From positions 8,118 through 72,117 of the forward strand of contig CAZYFT010000001.1 in the NCBI GenBank assembly GCA_964646575.1: a stretch of 64,000 bases of DNA, written 5' to 3'. The DNA comes from an uncultured Candidatus Saccharibacteria bacterium (lineage in GTDB: Bacteria; Patescibacteriota; Saccharimonadia; CAILAD01; GCA-016700035). The translations under genes were made by a program, and so were the position numbers. Every line of letters starts with the position of its first letter. Positions within the stretch are counted from its first letter, which is position 1. Positions 8,662 through 17,179 of the stretch are shown here, one piece after another. The notes beneath the pieces were generated by a model. The model saw only the letters and a list, made by a program, of their open reading frames with translations, was not told where the DNA came from and did not search any database.

Positions 8662-10020
8662 ATGTATATGAAGCGTTTGCGAAATGCACTAGGGATAACT
8701 GTCGGTAAAACTACCGGCCGCTCCATGAAGTTGCTTGGTCGACATAGTACCGCACTTCCGGGGTTTGTTGCTGAGCTCATAGGAAATCAGCCGTTGGAAC
8801 ACTACATGCGTAAGCGTTCTTACGCAAAGACCATCTTAGTCACTGGAACGAACGGGAAGACCACCACCACCATGCTGATTGCGAGCGTGTTCCGCGAGGT
8901 CGGCTATGAAGTGGTGAATAATGGCTCTGGATCTAACTTAACTCGAGGGGTACTAACAGCGCTACTAGACGACAAGCGTCAGGGCGATGACTCGGTGCTA
9001 CTTCTCGAAGTTGACGAAGCTAGCATGCCAGCAGTTTGTAAAGCTACGAAGCCGGATATTATTGTTGTATCAAATATTTTTCGAGATCAGCTAGATAGAT
9101 ATGGAGAAGTAGATACGACAAGAAAACTACTTGAACAAGCGCTTGGTTTTGCCACGGATGCACACCTCGTACTCTGTGCTGATGATCCGCATGTAGCTCG
9201 ATTGGGGCTAGATGAGGGCCGAGCCGTGAACTACTTTGGCCTCAATGCATCTGGAATAAGTGCCTTGCCACACGACCATGCCAGTGATGTGCCGCTTAGT
9301 CCGGTGACCGGGGCGCCTCTTGTGTACTCGCGCAGATATTTTGGACATGTTGGCGCATATAAGGCTACCGACGGGAGCTTTGCCCGACCAATTCCAGATG
9401 TATCTGTAGAGGCTATATCGCGTGGATCGCAGGCGCAAGTGGTAACGATGAAGTTGCACGGACACGACCAGCCGTTGGTAGTTCGGAGTAGTCTGGTGGG
9501 GACGTATAACACCTATAATTTGGCTGCCGCAGTGACGGTAGCAGTCACTTGTGGGCTCGATATGAAGCAAGTAACAAAAGCTTTACAGCATAAAAATACA
9601 GCCTTTGGTCGCCAAGAGACGGTGCATTTTGAGGGAAAGCGCTGTACGTTTTTGCTTATTAAAAATCCGACTGGCTTTAATCAAGTAATTCAGTCATTCT
9701 TTCAGGCGAGGACTACTAGGCCGGTTTTGATTGTAATTAATGATAATTTTGCAGATGGGAAGGATATATCTTGGCTGTGGGATGCGGCTCTAGAAGACCT
9801 GGCTACAACCGGTCAAATTATTGTGTCGGGGTTGCGAGCTTACGATATGGCATTGCGCCTTGAGTATGCGGGTAAGAAGTGTCGAGTAATAGAAGATCCT
9901 ATTCAAGCTTTACGTACTCTCTCTAAAAGTGATGCCGAAGAAGTTTTGGTATTGCCGACATATACTGCGCTCTTAGAGATGCGCAAAAAGCTCGCCCTCA
10001 AATTGGAGCATAGATTATGA
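8662..10020 (+). CDS. murT: Mur-ligase-family protein MurT (lipid II isoglutaminyl synthase subunit).
   Basis: Mur ligase P-loop ILVTGTNGKTTTT plus a DUF1727-like C-terminal domain. Immediately followed and overlapped by a GatD-type amidotransferase. Confidence 0.8.
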   Translation: MYMKRLRNALGITVGKTTGRSMKLLGRHSTALPGFVAELIGNQPLEHYMRKRSYAKTILVTGTNGKTTTTMLIASVFREVGYEVVNNGSGSNLTRGVLTALLDDKRQGDDSVLLLEVDEASMPAVCKATKPDIIVVSNIFRDQLDRYGEVDTTRKLLEQALGFATDAHLVLCADDPHVARLGLDEGRAVNYFGLNASGISALPHDHASDVPLSPVTGAPLVYSRRYFGHVGAYKATDGSFARPIPDVSVEAISRGSQAQVVTMKLHGHDQPLVVRSSLVGTYNTYNLAAAVTVAVTCGLDMKQVTKALQHKNTAFGRQETVHFEGKRCTFLLIKNPTGFNQVIQSFFQARTTRPVLIVINDNFADGKDISWLWDAALEDLATTGQIIVSGLRAYDMALRLEYAGKKCRVIEDPIQALRTLSKSDAEEVLVLPTYTALLEMRKKLALKLEHRL

Positions 10021-10736
10021 CGCACCCACAAAAAATCACCATTCTTTACTTGTATCCCCACGAGATGAATACCTATGGCGATTGGGGGAATGTGCTAGTT
10101 TTGCAGAAACGTTTAGAGTGGCGAGGCTACACGGTTGAGGTGGTAGAACATCGGCCCGGTGATACTCTTAAGATTGAGCCAAACTTGATATTTTTTGGCG
10201 GCGGTCAGGACAGTGGTCAAGGTCTAATCTTACAGGATCTTGGCCGCATAGCGGATCGATTAAAAGCTTGGATTGAAGATAGCATGCCGGTGCTGGCTAT
10301 CTGTGGAGGCTATCAGCTATTGGGGCGTGAGTTTATTACATTTTCAGGCGAAGAGCTTCGAGGTGTTGGTGCGTTGCCGGTTACCACTGTTGCTGAATCT
10401 GAACGGTTGATAGGCAATGTAGTGCTCCAAAGTGATTTGTTTGGCGAAGTAGTGGGATTTGAGAATCATTCAGGCCGCACATCTTTTCTTAATGAGGAAT
10501 TGGTAGCTCTTGGGCAAGTTCAAAGGGGAGGCGGAAATAATGGCGTGGATGGGAAAGAGGGGATTATGTATAAATCAACGATTGGCACATACCTCCATGG
10601 GCCTCTGTTACCAAAAAACCCCCAAGTAGCTGACTGGCTGATTGCCAGAGCCTTGGGAGTTTCGAACAAAGAATTAGTTCAGCTACCAGACACTTTTGTT
10701 GCTCAGGCACGGGCTGCAGTAACAAGAAAAAAATAG
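10017..10736 (+). CDS. gatD: CobQ/CobB-type glutamine amidotransferase GatD (partner of MurT).
   Basis: Catalytic Cys in LAICGGYQLLG and His near YLHGPLL. 4-nt overlap with murT. Confidence 0.75.
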   Translation: MTHPQKITILYLYPHEMNTYGDWGNVLVLQKRLEWRGYTVEVVEHRPGDTLKIEPNLIFFGGGQDSGQGLILQDLGRIADRLKAWIEDSMPVLAICGGYQLLGREFITFSGEELRGVGALPVTTVAESERLIGNVVLQSDLFGEVVGFENHSGRTSFLNEELVALGQVQRGGGNNGVDGKEGIMYKSTIGTYLHGPLLPKNPQVADWLIARALGVSNKELVQLPDTFVAQARAAVTRKK

Positions 10737-10829
10737 CTGTGTTCGTTTGAAAAGCAGATAGGTTCATTCTCTTAACCAACTAAACTTCTTGATATATATT
10801 GAGCTTCTGAATCTATTTCGTGTACACTA

Positions 10830-11573
10830 GTGAGTAAGAAAAATATTGAGGGAATCTGCCATATGCAAATCGAGTCGCTTTTTGGTTCAAAGACCCGGGT
10901 AAAATTATTGAGCCTTTTTTATAACAATCCCGAGCGTCCGTTTTATGTGCGTGAGATTACCCGCAAGATTAATGAGCAGATTAACTCTGTACGTCGTGAG
11001 CTTCAGAATCTCCTCAATATTGGGATCGTAAAGTCTGTTAATCAGTCGAATCGGCTTTATTACGAGATAGACCCATCGTTCAAATTTCATAGTGAGCTGA
11101 TGTCGATCTTCCAGCGAATTCCCGCAAAATCTAAAGAGATACGCGAAACGAAGGAAGAAGATCAAATCCTCAAGAAAATTCAGAAGGCCGGCAATGTTAA
11201 AGTGCTCTTTCTCTCGGGTGCGTTTGTGCGTGGCAGCATGCAAAACGTTGATATCTTCATTGTGGGTGATATGAATAAGGCTAAGTTAGCTCAGGTAATT
11301 GGCGATATGGAGTCGGCTATGAATCGAGAACTCAATTACACGGCCTTCCGGTTAGAGGATTTCGATTATCGACGTAATTTGAATGATCGATTCCTGCTCG
11401 ATATGCTCGATGCTCGCAAGATTGTATTACGGGATGACCTTAAAATATTCGATAAAGCAACCAAACAGCCTGCAGATGGAGTGGAGTCAGTCAGTCCGGT
11501 ACAAGTGAATGTTTCAGCGCCGCATCCAGAAATTACCACAGAAGAGGCAATTCGTATGGCGGAGTTAGGTTAG
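10830..11573 (+). CDS. Winged-HTH domain fused to a nucleotidyltransferase-like domain. Putative regulator.
   Basis: N-terminal ArsR-like wHTH (YVREITRKINEQINSVRRELQNLLNIGIV). Central NTase-like motif FLSGAFVRGSMQNVDIFIVGD. Confidence 0.4.
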   Translation: MSKKNIEGICHMQIESLFGSKTRVKLLSLFYNNPERPFYVREITRKINEQINSVRRELQNLLNIGIVKSVNQSNRLYYEIDPSFKFHSELMSIFQRIPAKSKEIRETKEEDQILKKIQKAGNVKVLFLSGAFVRGSMQNVDIFIVGDMNKAKLAQVIGDMESAMNRELNYTAFRLEDFDYRRNLNDRFLLDMLDARKIVLRDDLKIFDKATKQPADGVESVSPVQVNVSAPHPEITTEEAIRMAELG

Positions 11574-11580
11574 GTTTATT

Positions 11581-12648
11581 GTGGCTGCTTCAAAACCATC
11601 TCCGACAATAACGATTCAAATCTCCTGGAAGACCATCTTTGCGATTGCTGGCTTGGTGCTCGGTGCTTGGGTTGTATACACAATCGGCAATTTTCTGATC
11701 TTACTATTTGCAAGTATTGTGGTGGCTACTGCTCTAGCTCCATACGTGCGGTCTCTCGAAAAGAAGGGGCTGCCGCGTTGGGCGGCTGTTGCGGCAATAT
11801 ATCTGGCGATTTTTTTGGTACTTGGCCTGATTTTAGTTTTGGTAGTTCCAACTATCTCAAAGCAAGTGAGTGACTTGATAGAGAATTGGCCAAATATCAA
11901 CCGTTCTTTGCAAGCCAGCCTTAGTCAAAACGATGCCCTGCGAGGGCTTTATGATTCCTTCACGGCGGGATCTGCTGACGGTGGGTCTATATTCTCACAG
12001 GTAGTGAACATCACCTCTGTTTTTGTGAATGGTGTAGCAACTACGGTGCTCTTCTTTGTGCTAACTTTTTACCTATTGATGAACGGTCGGAAGCTAGCCC
12101 ACTTCTTAGTGGGTCTCGTGCCGCAAGGCAAGGAGCGTGAGCGTTATGGCAGGTTAATTGCGAATATGTCTGAGCGTATGGGTTTTTGGTTTCGGGGGCA
12201 GTTTATTATCTCTCTCATGACTTTTCTTGTAGTATGGGCGGCACTTTCTTTGCTGAAGGTGGAGTATGCTTTGACCTTAGCCCTCATAACCGGAGTAGCT
12301 GAGTTCATTCCGCTCGTTGGCTCCTGGATTGGGGCAACCCCCGCAGTGCTTGTTGCCTTTGGTCAGGCGCCGATAGTGGCGTTGTTTGTGGTGATTTTCT
12401 TCTTTGCCTGGCAGTCATTTCAGGGATACATCATTAGTCCGCAAGTAATGCGTCGAGCAATTGGCGTGCCTTCAATTTTTATCCTTATTTCTGTATTAAT
12501 TCTGGCAAATCTGATTGGCTTTGTCGGTGTTTTTTTGGCGGCGCCGATTGCAGCTGCTGTTGCGGTGCTTGTAGAGGAGTATGCAGAGGGTGTTCACTCG
12601 CAGCTCAAGCGGGGCTTGGCTGCTAGAAGTGGGCAACGCAAGAGCTAA
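11581..12648 (+). CDS. AI-2E family (PerM/YhhT-like) membrane transporter.
   Basis: About 8 TM helices with a characteristic C-terminal GFVGVFLAAPIAAAVAVL segment. Confidence 0.75.
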   Translation: MAASKPSPTITIQISWKTIFAIAGLVLGAWVVYTIGNFLILLFASIVVATALAPYVRSLEKKGLPRWAAVAAIYLAIFLVLGLILVLVVPTISKQVSDLIENWPNINRSLQASLSQNDALRGLYDSFTAGSADGGSIFSQVVNITSVFVNGVATTVLFFVLTFYLLMNGRKLAHFLVGLVPQGKERERYGRLIANMSERMGFWFRGQFIISLMTFLVVWAALSLLKVEYALTLALITGVAEFIPLVGSWIGATPAVLVAFGQAPIVALFVVIFFFAWQSFQGYIISPQVMRRAIGVPSIFILISVLILANLIGFVGVFLAAPIAAAVAVLVEEYAEGVHSQLKRGLAARSGQRKS

Positions 12649-12666
12649 TCTGATATACTAGCATTC

Positions 12667-13197
12667 ATGGATATTTCACTCGGAAAAGACACAACTTTAT
12701 TTTTGCACGGGCGCGACGTTACTATGGCTATTGGCCCAAGTCTCGAAATTAAAACAGATGTTTTTTTTACAACAAAAGGCACAGGACCGAAAGCTGAGGT
12801 GGGTAAGTTCTTTCAGGGGGCAGGTGAGTACGAAGTGCAAGGAGTGATGGTCGACGGTGTTTCAACTGGGAAAGGGCTGACCTCATACCATGCCATATAT
12901 GATGGGGTGAGTATTGCAGCGGTCACATTACAAAAAGCCGAAGATCTAACAGATGAAATGCTAGAGCACTTGCAGCCTTCGCATGTGCTGGTACTGTGGC
13001 TTGAAGACGGTACGGCGCAAGATGTAGCTCAGTTAATGGCCCGCTTTGACGCCTATCAGCTGATTCCGGCCCAGGTTCCGTGTGATGGTGAATCTTTGGA
13101 GAAAGAGCTGCAGCTTAAGTCTGAGGGAATTCCAAAACTGAAGCTGTCTACAAAAAATTACACGGACGGCATTCGGTTGCTTACGACCTTAAGCTAG
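12667..13197 (+). CDS. Hypothetical protein.
   Basis: 176-aa ORF in an operonic position. No recognisable motifs. Confidence 0.4.
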   Translation: MDISLGKDTTLFLHGRDVTMAIGPSLEIKTDVFFTTKGTGPKAEVGKFFQGAGEYEVQGVMVDGVSTGKGLTSYHAIYDGVSIAAVTLQKAEDLTDEMLEHLQPSHVLVLWLEDGTAQDVAQLMARFDAYQLIPAQVPCDGESLEKELQLKSEGIPKLKLSTKNYTDGIRLLTTLS

Positions 13198-13215
13198 ATA
13201 TAGATACTGTATACT

Positions 13216-13247
13216 AAAAAACCACCCAAAGTTGCGGGTGGTTTTTT
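13216..13247. terminator. Bidirectional intrinsic terminator between convergent genes.
   Basis: aaaaaaCCACCCaaagttgcGGGTGGtttttt. An A-run and a T-run flank a 6-bp GC-rich stem. Confidence 0.7.
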
Positions 13248-13262
13248 AGTGAAAAAGAGTGG

Positions 13263-13481
13263 CTACGCAGTAGTGAGTTCGTCTTTGCCGAGATCTTTCG
13301 CGTGCTTCTTGAGGGTGCGAATTGTAGAGGCAGCCAACTTAACACGAACCTTCTCACCATTAATGATGAGAGTTTTCTTCTGGAGGTTTGGTTTCCAGAC
13401 CTTTGGGGTGGCGCGCATAGAGTGGCTCACGTTGTGGCCAAATTGCTTACCTTTTCCTGTGATGTCGCATTTGTAAGACAT
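13263..13481 (-). CDS. rpmB: 50S ribosomal protein L28. Start placed at MSYKCDITGKGK; the ORF track extends to 13541.
   Basis: KCDITGKGKQFGHNVSHSMRATPKVWKPNLQKK...VRVKLAASTIRTLKK is the L28 signature. Confidence 0.8.
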   Translation of the reverse strand: MSYKCDITGKGKQFGHNVSHSMRATPKVWKPNLQKKTLIINGEKVRVKLAASTIRTLKKHAKDLGKDELTTA

Positions 13482-13567
13482 AGTAAAAATTCCTAACCCA
13501 AGCATAATAACAGATACAGGCCAGTTTGACAAGTCTGACATAGGTCCAAAGCTGGTATACTAAACCT

Positions 13568-14188
13568 ATGAATTTCTTAGAGATTATTAATTTACTCTTC
13601 ATCTACGTGGTAGCTATCACGATCCATGAATATAGCCATGCTGCGGTGGCGCACAAGCTGGGAGATCCTACCGCGAAGCAGGAAGGGCGGTTAACGCTCA
13701 ACCCTATGGCCCACATTGACCCGCTTACTACATTGGCACTGCCGGTTTTACTGATTTTAGCTGGAAGTCCAGTTATTTTTGGGGCTGCTCGGCCAGTTCC
13801 ATTTACGCCATATCTGGTTCGAGGCGGTAAAAGAGGCGCTGCCTTGATTGCGTTAGCTGGCCCAGTGAGCAACTTGATCTTGGCCGCTCTGGTGGCGATA
13901 GCAATTCGCTTGGTTCCAAGTCTTGCAGCAGCTGGAAGCGGACTGCTTATTTCGATGATGACTGTGAATATTGCTCTGGCACTCTTTAATTTGCTTCCAA
14001 TTCCACCTCTCGATGGATCGAGGGTGCTTTACGCTTTTGTGCCTGCGGGAATGCAAGAAGCGATGGAGCGTTTCGAGCGTACTGGCCCAATTGTGATTCT
14101 CGTAATTTTTCTCGTGGGCTATCCGTTTATTGCGCCGTACCTAGGCACGGCAACGCGGGCAATTACGCGCTTTCTTCTCGGGCTATAG
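13568..14188 (+). CDS. Site-2 protease family (peptidase M50) membrane zinc metalloprotease.
   Basis: HExxH motif within a TM helix (ITIHEYSHAAVAHKLGD). Multiple TM helices, with an LDGSRVL-type motif downstream. Confidence 0.7.
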   Translation: MNFLEIINLLFIYVVAITIHEYSHAAVAHKLGDPTAKQEGRLTLNPMAHIDPLTTLALPVLLILAGSPVIFGAARPVPFTPYLVRGGKRGAALIALAGPVSNLILAALVAIAIRLVPSLAAAGSGLLISMMTVNIALALFNLLPIPPLDGSRVLYAFVPAGMQEAMERFERTGPIVILVIFLVGYPFIAPYLGTATRAITRFLLGL

Positions 14189-14375
14189 GACTGATATACT
14201 AGATATAACCCTCGGGCGCGCGATACAAGCTTATATTTTTTCTGCTTAGAGAATAAAACGGGAGACCTAGATTGCGCTTCATCTTAGCTCGCTAGGAATG
14301 GAGTGGCTGCGGACACCCACCTGGAATTTTTGCCAGGGAAAATATTCTGCTTACCGGCGCCAAGGGGGATTTTAT

Positions 14376-14933
14376 TTACAGCTTAAAGCGCTTCTTCCAT
14401 ACTGTTGGCTGCGATATAGAGTCAGCTCGGAGGATATCAATGTGGGATTCTATTTGGAGGTGTTGGGCAATTTTACGGATTTGCCCGCTAATGTCATAAG
14501 GAAAGATCCAGAGTGCTGAGCTAAAACGTAAAAAACCGAGTCGTTTAAGTTCAATAAGAAACTGATTACGAGCAATTTTGTGTGACTCCGGGATTTGATA
14601 GGTGACAAAAAGCCAGCGTTTATTCCAGTTTTTTGGTGAATGAATCGAGAGAGTCGTGGGCTTATGAAGTTCGCCACGCTTCAGAAGTGCAGTGCCGCGA
14701 CTGGTAATTTTATAGAGCTTCTCTGTATCGATTCGGCCCTGCGTGAGCGCTCCTTGGCGCGAAAGGATGGCTAGAGTGTCTTTGATGCGGGCTCGTGGTG
14801 CGCGGGCAGTATTCCAACTAAAAAGCTCTAAAAGTGCCTTGTCTTCCAGTAGCGAAGTTTCGGTAGCGACGCCTTTTTGAGCAACTTTTTTAAGCAGTTC
14901 CTGGGATTTAGATATTTTTTTCATATTTGTCAT
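14376..14933 (-). CDS. wHTH protein with a C-terminal Cas2-like/PaaX_C-like domain. Likely a transcriptional regulator.
   Basis: The C-terminal WLFVTYQIPESHKIARNQFLIELKRLGFLRFSSALWIFP matches the Cas2 pattern (vlVtYDI..RRkl.k.L...G.RvQ.SVF). N-terminal wHTH-like helices. Confidence 0.4.
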   Translation of the reverse strand: MTNMKKISKSQELLKKVAQKGVATETSLLEDKALLELFSWNTARAPRARIKDTLAILSRQGALTQGRIDTEKLYKITSRGTALLKRGELHKPTTLSIHSPKNWNKRWLFVTYQIPESHKIARNQFLIELKRLGFLRFSSALWIFPYDISGQIRKIAQHLQIESHIDILRADSISQPTVWKKRFKL

Positions 14934-14998
14934 GCTTAAGCATGATTATTATGTATAGAGTACTGATAAGTCAACCTGGTTTGATACAATACAGAGAG

Positions 14999-15075
14999 CG
15001 GGGTGTGGCGCAGTTGGCTAGCGCGTACGGCTGGGGGCCGTGAGGTCGCAGGTTCGAGTCCTGTCACCCCGACCA
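14999..15075 (+). tRNA. tRNA-Pro (anticodon GGG), with encoded CCA.
   Basis: Hand-folded cloverleaf: acceptor cggggtg/caccccg, anticodon loop ctGGGgg, T-loop ttcgagt, CCA end. Confidence 0.85.
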
Positions 15076-15105
15076 GGTTTTATTTGCTACAATAAGTACA
15101 TATCT

Positions 15106-15519
15106 ATGTCAGAAACCTCAGTTTTTACAAAAATTCGTCAAGGTGAACTACCAGGAGAGATTATCTATCAGGATGAGCGGGTATTTGTCATCATGACGAT
15201 TGCCCCGCATAACCCCGGGCATTGCTTAGTTATACCTGTTGATGAAATCGGAAACTTTGAAGAAGTGCCAGAAAATCTCTACTTGCACCTGATGAGGGTG
15301 GCGCAGCAGTTGGCCAGGCTTCAGCGTAAAATCTACATGTCCCCTAAGGTGGCGATGGCTGCAGTTGGGATGTCAGTTGATCATACTCATATTCATGTTT
15401 TTCCTCTCTATGCAGAAAAAGATATGGATCCGGATGGAGCCAAACATCCGCCATCTGAAGAAATAACTGTAGAGGCAGAAAAATTACGAGCAGCCTTGTT
15501 GGAGCATCCAATAGTATGA
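15106..15519 (+). CDS. HIT-family (histidine triad) nucleotide hydrolase. Start placed after the tRNA-Pro; the ORF track starts inside the tRNA at 15040.
   Basis: Histidine triad DHTHIHVFP. Confidence 0.8.
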   Translation: MSETSVFTKIRQGELPGEIIYQDERVFVIMTIAPHNPGHCLVIPVDEIGNFEEVPENLYLHLMRVAQQLARLQRKIYMSPKVAMAAVGMSVDHTHIHVFPLYAEKDMDPDGAKHPPSEEITVEAEKLRAALLEHPIV

Positions 15520-16295
15520 TCTGGGCCTTTTTACTTGGCATTGTTCAGGCAATTACGGAATTTCTACCGATTTCTTCAAGTGCACATCTCCTCATTACCC
15601 CTTGGCTGTTCGACTTTCCGCGCCAGGGCTTGGCCTTTGATGCAGCCTTACATCTCGGCACTTCACTAGCGCTCCTTTTGTTCTTTTGGCGTGATTTTTG
15701 GGGAATGATTCAGAAGAGAGATAAATTTTTGTGGTACATCCTGATTGCCTCCATTCCAGGTGCAGCCATTGGCTTCTTTGGAGATAAGCTTATCGAACAA
15801 TATCTGCATGAGGGGAGCCTCGCTATCCTGATTGCGGCTATCGGCATGATTTTGATGACGGGTGTGATTTGGTATGTAGATGCTACGGCCAAACTTAAGA
15901 AAGACCTTACGCAAATGACACGTAAAGAAGCGTTTTGGGTCGGGTTGGCGCAAGCTTTGGCGCTCATTCCAGGCATGTCGCGGTCTGGGGCTACGATTGC
16001 TGCTGGATTAGCTGCAGGGTACACTCGAGAGGCTGCGGCTCGTTTTAGCTTTTTAATCGGTACGCCTATTGCTTTGGGAGCGGGGCTGTATAAGGCTACC
16101 GACATTATCCAGGCACAACCATCAAGCTCGGAGGTTATGCAGCTGATAATCGGGGTTGTTACAGCGGCGATTCTTGGGTTTGCGGTGATTCGGTGGCTCC
16201 TTGGGTACGTGCAGAAGCATAGCCTGCGAGTGTTCCTAATCTACCGCTTGGTATTTGCTAGTACAGTGATAATTATTTGGTTACTGCGCTCATGA
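15516..16295 (+). CDS. uppP: Undecaprenyl-diphosphatase (BacA/UppP).
   Basis: N-terminal AITEFLPISSSAHL, a PGxSRSG-like motif (PGMSRSGATI), and 7-8 TM helices. Confidence 0.85.
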   Translation: MIWAFLLGIVQAITEFLPISSSAHLLITPWLFDFPRQGLAFDAALHLGTSLALLLFFWRDFWGMIQKRDKFLWYILIASIPGAAIGFFGDKLIEQYLHEGSLAILIAAIGMILMTGVIWYVDATAKLKKDLTQMTRKEAFWVGLAQALALIPGMSRSGATIAAGLAAGYTREAAARFSFLIGTPIALGAGLYKATDIIQAQPSSSEVMQLIIGVVTAAILGFAVIRWLLGYVQKHSLRVFLIYRLVFASTVIIIWLLRS

Positions 16296-16696
16296 CAGGA
16301 CGTGTGCGTATTCACGGCGACGGTGGCTCTCGAGGCAATCCAGGCCCAGCTGCAGGCGCTGCCGTCTTGCTTAGTGTTGATGGTCAAGTGCTTGAAAAGC
16401 GAGCGGAGTATATGGGGGTAGCCACCAATAATCAGGCTGAATATCTAGCAGTCGAGCTTGGGCTGCAGGCAATGCATGACCTGAAGATCTCAGAGGCCGA
16501 TTTTTATTTAGATAGTCAGCTGGTGGTTCGGCAACTTAATGGCCAGTATAAGGTGAAGCACCCTGACATGAAGGCGGCGTTTAATCGGGTCCAGGAGCTC
16601 AAGCAGGGGTTGGATGTGACTTTTACGCATGTGTTGCGGGCGCAGAATACCATAGCCGATACGGCGGTTAACGAATGCTTGGATGCTCACGCCTAG
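16277..16696 (+). CDS. Ribonuclease H (RNase HI-like).
   Basis: GDGGSRGNPGPAAGAAV...NNQAEYLAV...DSQLVV matches the RNase H fold with D/E/D catalytic residues. Confidence 0.7.
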   Translation: MVTALMTGRVRIHGDGGSRGNPGPAAGAAVLLSVDGQVLEKRAEYMGVATNNQAEYLAVELGLQAMHDLKISEADFYLDSQLVVRQLNGQYKVKHPDMKAAFNRVQELKQGLDVTFTHVLRAQNTIADTAVNECLDAHA

Positions 16697-16734
16697 AATA
16701 TAGACATTTCTTGTAAAATCTTGTAAAATAATAT

Positions 16735-17122
16735 AGCAAGTAAGCAGATGATCGCTCCATTTTTGGAGAGGAAAGTCCGAACAGTTCGAGTACAGGATGG
16801 TTGCTAACGGCAACCCGGGGCAACCCGAGGGAAAGTGCCACAGAGACAATACCGCCAGGCGTTAAGCCTGGTAAGGGTGAAAAGAGGGCGGTAAGAGCGC
16901 CCAGCTTGTGCTGGTGACAGCATGAGGAGGTAAACCCCATCTGCTGCAAGGCTTATGGATCCCGACAATGTCAAAGCGTGCTCGCTTTTCCTTGTATGAG
17001 GAGGGATATGTCGCATGATTGTGGGGGAACCACAACACTGTGTTCCACAGAGATAGATGATCATCACCTTTTTAGACAGGCTAAAAGGGGACAGAATTCG
17101 GCTTATCGCTTGCTTGCCCGCA
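16735..17122 (+). ncRNA. rnpB: RNase P RNA (bacterial type A).
   Basis: Conserved GAGGAAAGTCCG, taagggtgaaaagagggcggtaagagcgccc (P10-P12 region) and a 3' ACAGAAttCGGCTTATCG. P1 pairs agcaagtaagc (5') with gcttgcttgc (3'). The ORFs predicted on both strands here are spurious. Confidence 0.8.
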
Positions 17123-17179
17123 AAAGTTCCAGTGCTCTGGGATTTTTGCAGATAACTTTATCCTGGTACAATAGAGAAA

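Noticed and set aside
14190-14375. Looked for a CRISPR array near the Cas2-like gene.
   Set aside because: No direct repeats of CRISPR length or spacing are present in the flanking intergenic DNA, or anywhere else in the window.
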